This document shows, one piece after another, positions 62,966 to 64,000 of a DNA stretch of 64,000 nt. Within the stretch, counting starts at the first letter, position 1, and each line of letters starts with the position of its first letter. Source of the stretch: Eledone cirrhosa (taxonomy: Eukaryota); assembly GCA_964016885.1 (NCBI GenBank), contig OZ024750.1, positions 35,712,001 through 35,776,000 on the forward strand, read 5' to 3'. Made by a program: the position numbers and the translations under genes. Below the pieces are notes generated by a model. It did no database searches. It was not told the origin of the DNA and was given only the letters and a program-made list of their open reading frames with translations.

Positions 62966-64000
62966 TTATACAGTTACTATATTATGTAGTTACTATATTA
63001 TACAGTTACTATATTATACAGTTACTATATTATGTAGTTACTATATTATACAGTTACTATATTATACTGTTACTATATTATACTGTTACTATATTAAACT
63101 GTTACCATATTATACTGTTACTATATTATACTGTTACTATATTATACTGTTACTATATTATGTAGATACTATATTATACAGTTACTATATTATACAGTTA
63201 CTATATTATACAGTTACTATATTATACAGTTACTATATTGTACTGTTACTATATTATACTGTTACTATATTATAATGTTACTATATTATACAGTTACTAT
63301 ATTATACAGTTACTATATTATACTGTTACTATATTATACTGTTACTATATTATACAGTTACTATATTATACAGTTACTATATTATTCTGTTACTATATTA
63401 TACAGTTACTATATTATACAGTTACTATATTATAAAGTTACTATATTATACTGTTACTATATTATACAGTTACTATATTATACTGTTACTATATAATACT
63501 GTTACTATATTATACAGTTACTATATTATACTGTTACTATATTATACAGTAACTATATTATACAGTTACTATATTATACAGTTACTATATTATACTGTTA
63601 CTATATTATACAGTTACTATATTATACTGTTACTATATTATACAGTTACTACATTATACTGTTACTATATCATACAGTTACTATATTATACTGTTACTAT
63701 ATTATACTGTTACTATATTATACAGTTACTATATTATACTGTTACTATATTATACAGTTACTATATTATACAGTTACTATATTATACAGTTACTATATTA
63801 TACTGTTACTATATTATACAGTTACTATATTATACTGTTACTATATTATACTGTTACTATATTATACAGTTACTATATTATACAGTTACTATATTATACA
63901 GTTACTATATTATACTGTTACTATATTATACTGTTACTATATTATACAGTTACTATATTATACAGTTACTATATTATACTGTTACTATATTATAATGTTA

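Larger units (their letters stand above)
1..64000 (+). repeat. 16-bp tandem satellite array, consensus GTTACTATATTAT(ACT/ACA/GTA), about 3,950-4,000 monomers, running off both window ends
   Basis: Directly visible. The first monomer G is at position 9 and the period is 16 throughout. The 13-bp core is nearly invariant and the 3-bp tail is tri-allelic, with scattered single-base variants. No unique sequence anywhere. Confidence 0.99.
55650..64000 (+). repeat. Duplicated block at offset about 6,250-6,270 (about 55.65-57.75 kb versus 61.9-64.0 kb, second copy truncated by the window end)
   Basis: Variants 55691/61959, inversions #18/#19 (6,268), pseudo-ORFs 56986/63238 (6,252), and shared TTACCAT and TAGATACT markers. 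Confidence 0.82.

Noticed and set aside
522-63496. All ORFs in the track (Y/I/L/T-rich, up to 296 aa, + strand only)
   Set aside because: They are the 48-nt (3-monomer) translation of the satellite. Intact ACT/ACA monomers have no + strand stop, and GTA supplies ATG-TAG, which is why many end in M-stop. The minus strand has TAA/TAG in every monomer. There are no domains or gene context, and overlapping frames give the same peptide.
1-64000. CRISPR-like array (constant 13 bp plus variable 3 bp)
   Set aside because: There are no unique spacers of 25-45 bp, only three common tail states, and no leader or cas genes.
1-64000. Telomeric repeat array
   Set aside because: There is no G-rich strand or G-runs. 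Multi-kb duplications sharing rare variants and internal inversions indicate recombinational amplification rather than telomerase synthesis.
1-64000. Promoter motifs (TATAAT on the minus strand, TATA-like boxes) in every monomer
   Set aside because: These are an automatic consequence of the AT-rich monomer, with no downstream gene or other promoter elements.
1-64000. Tail-allele order as a deliberate ternary code or synthetic data-storage DNA
   Set aside because: The string is highly redundant, with nested duplications and inherited point mutations as expected from natural satellite evolution. I see no framing or readout evidence.
1-64000. Helical or nucleosome phasing from the 16-bp period (32 bp is about 3 turns) and near absence of CpG
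   Set aside because: These are numerical or compositional consequences of the monomer and are not testable from sequence alone. There are no A-tracts to predict curvature.

Overview
The whole 64-kb window is one uninterrupted AT-rich (about 19% GC, 3 G/C per 16 bp) tandem satellite of roughly 3,950-4,000 copies of a 16-bp monomer, GTTACTATATTAT-NNN. The last three bases are almost always ACT, ACA or GTA. I found no credible genes, RNA genes, mobile elements or CRISPR arrays, and the ORF track is a translation artefact of the repeat. There is real internal structure. (1) 19 short inverted segments (24, 40 or 56 bp) each form an AT-rich palindrome with a 1-nt centre and shift the register by -4. 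All share a downstream marker, so they appear to descend from one fold-back or template-switch event. (2) Apart from these, the 16-bp register is kept across the window. (3) Higher-order duplications are nested from 192 bp up to about 10.26 kb. (4) Subfamily domains carry distinct diagnostic variants. (5) The monomer is itself a quasi-dyad, and I did not see its perfectly symmetric allele. This is most consistent with eukaryotic (peri)centromeric or heterochromatic satellite DNA. I do not recognise the family or organism and cannot show any function from sequence alone. All counts and coordinates were read by eye, and duplication boundaries are approximate.
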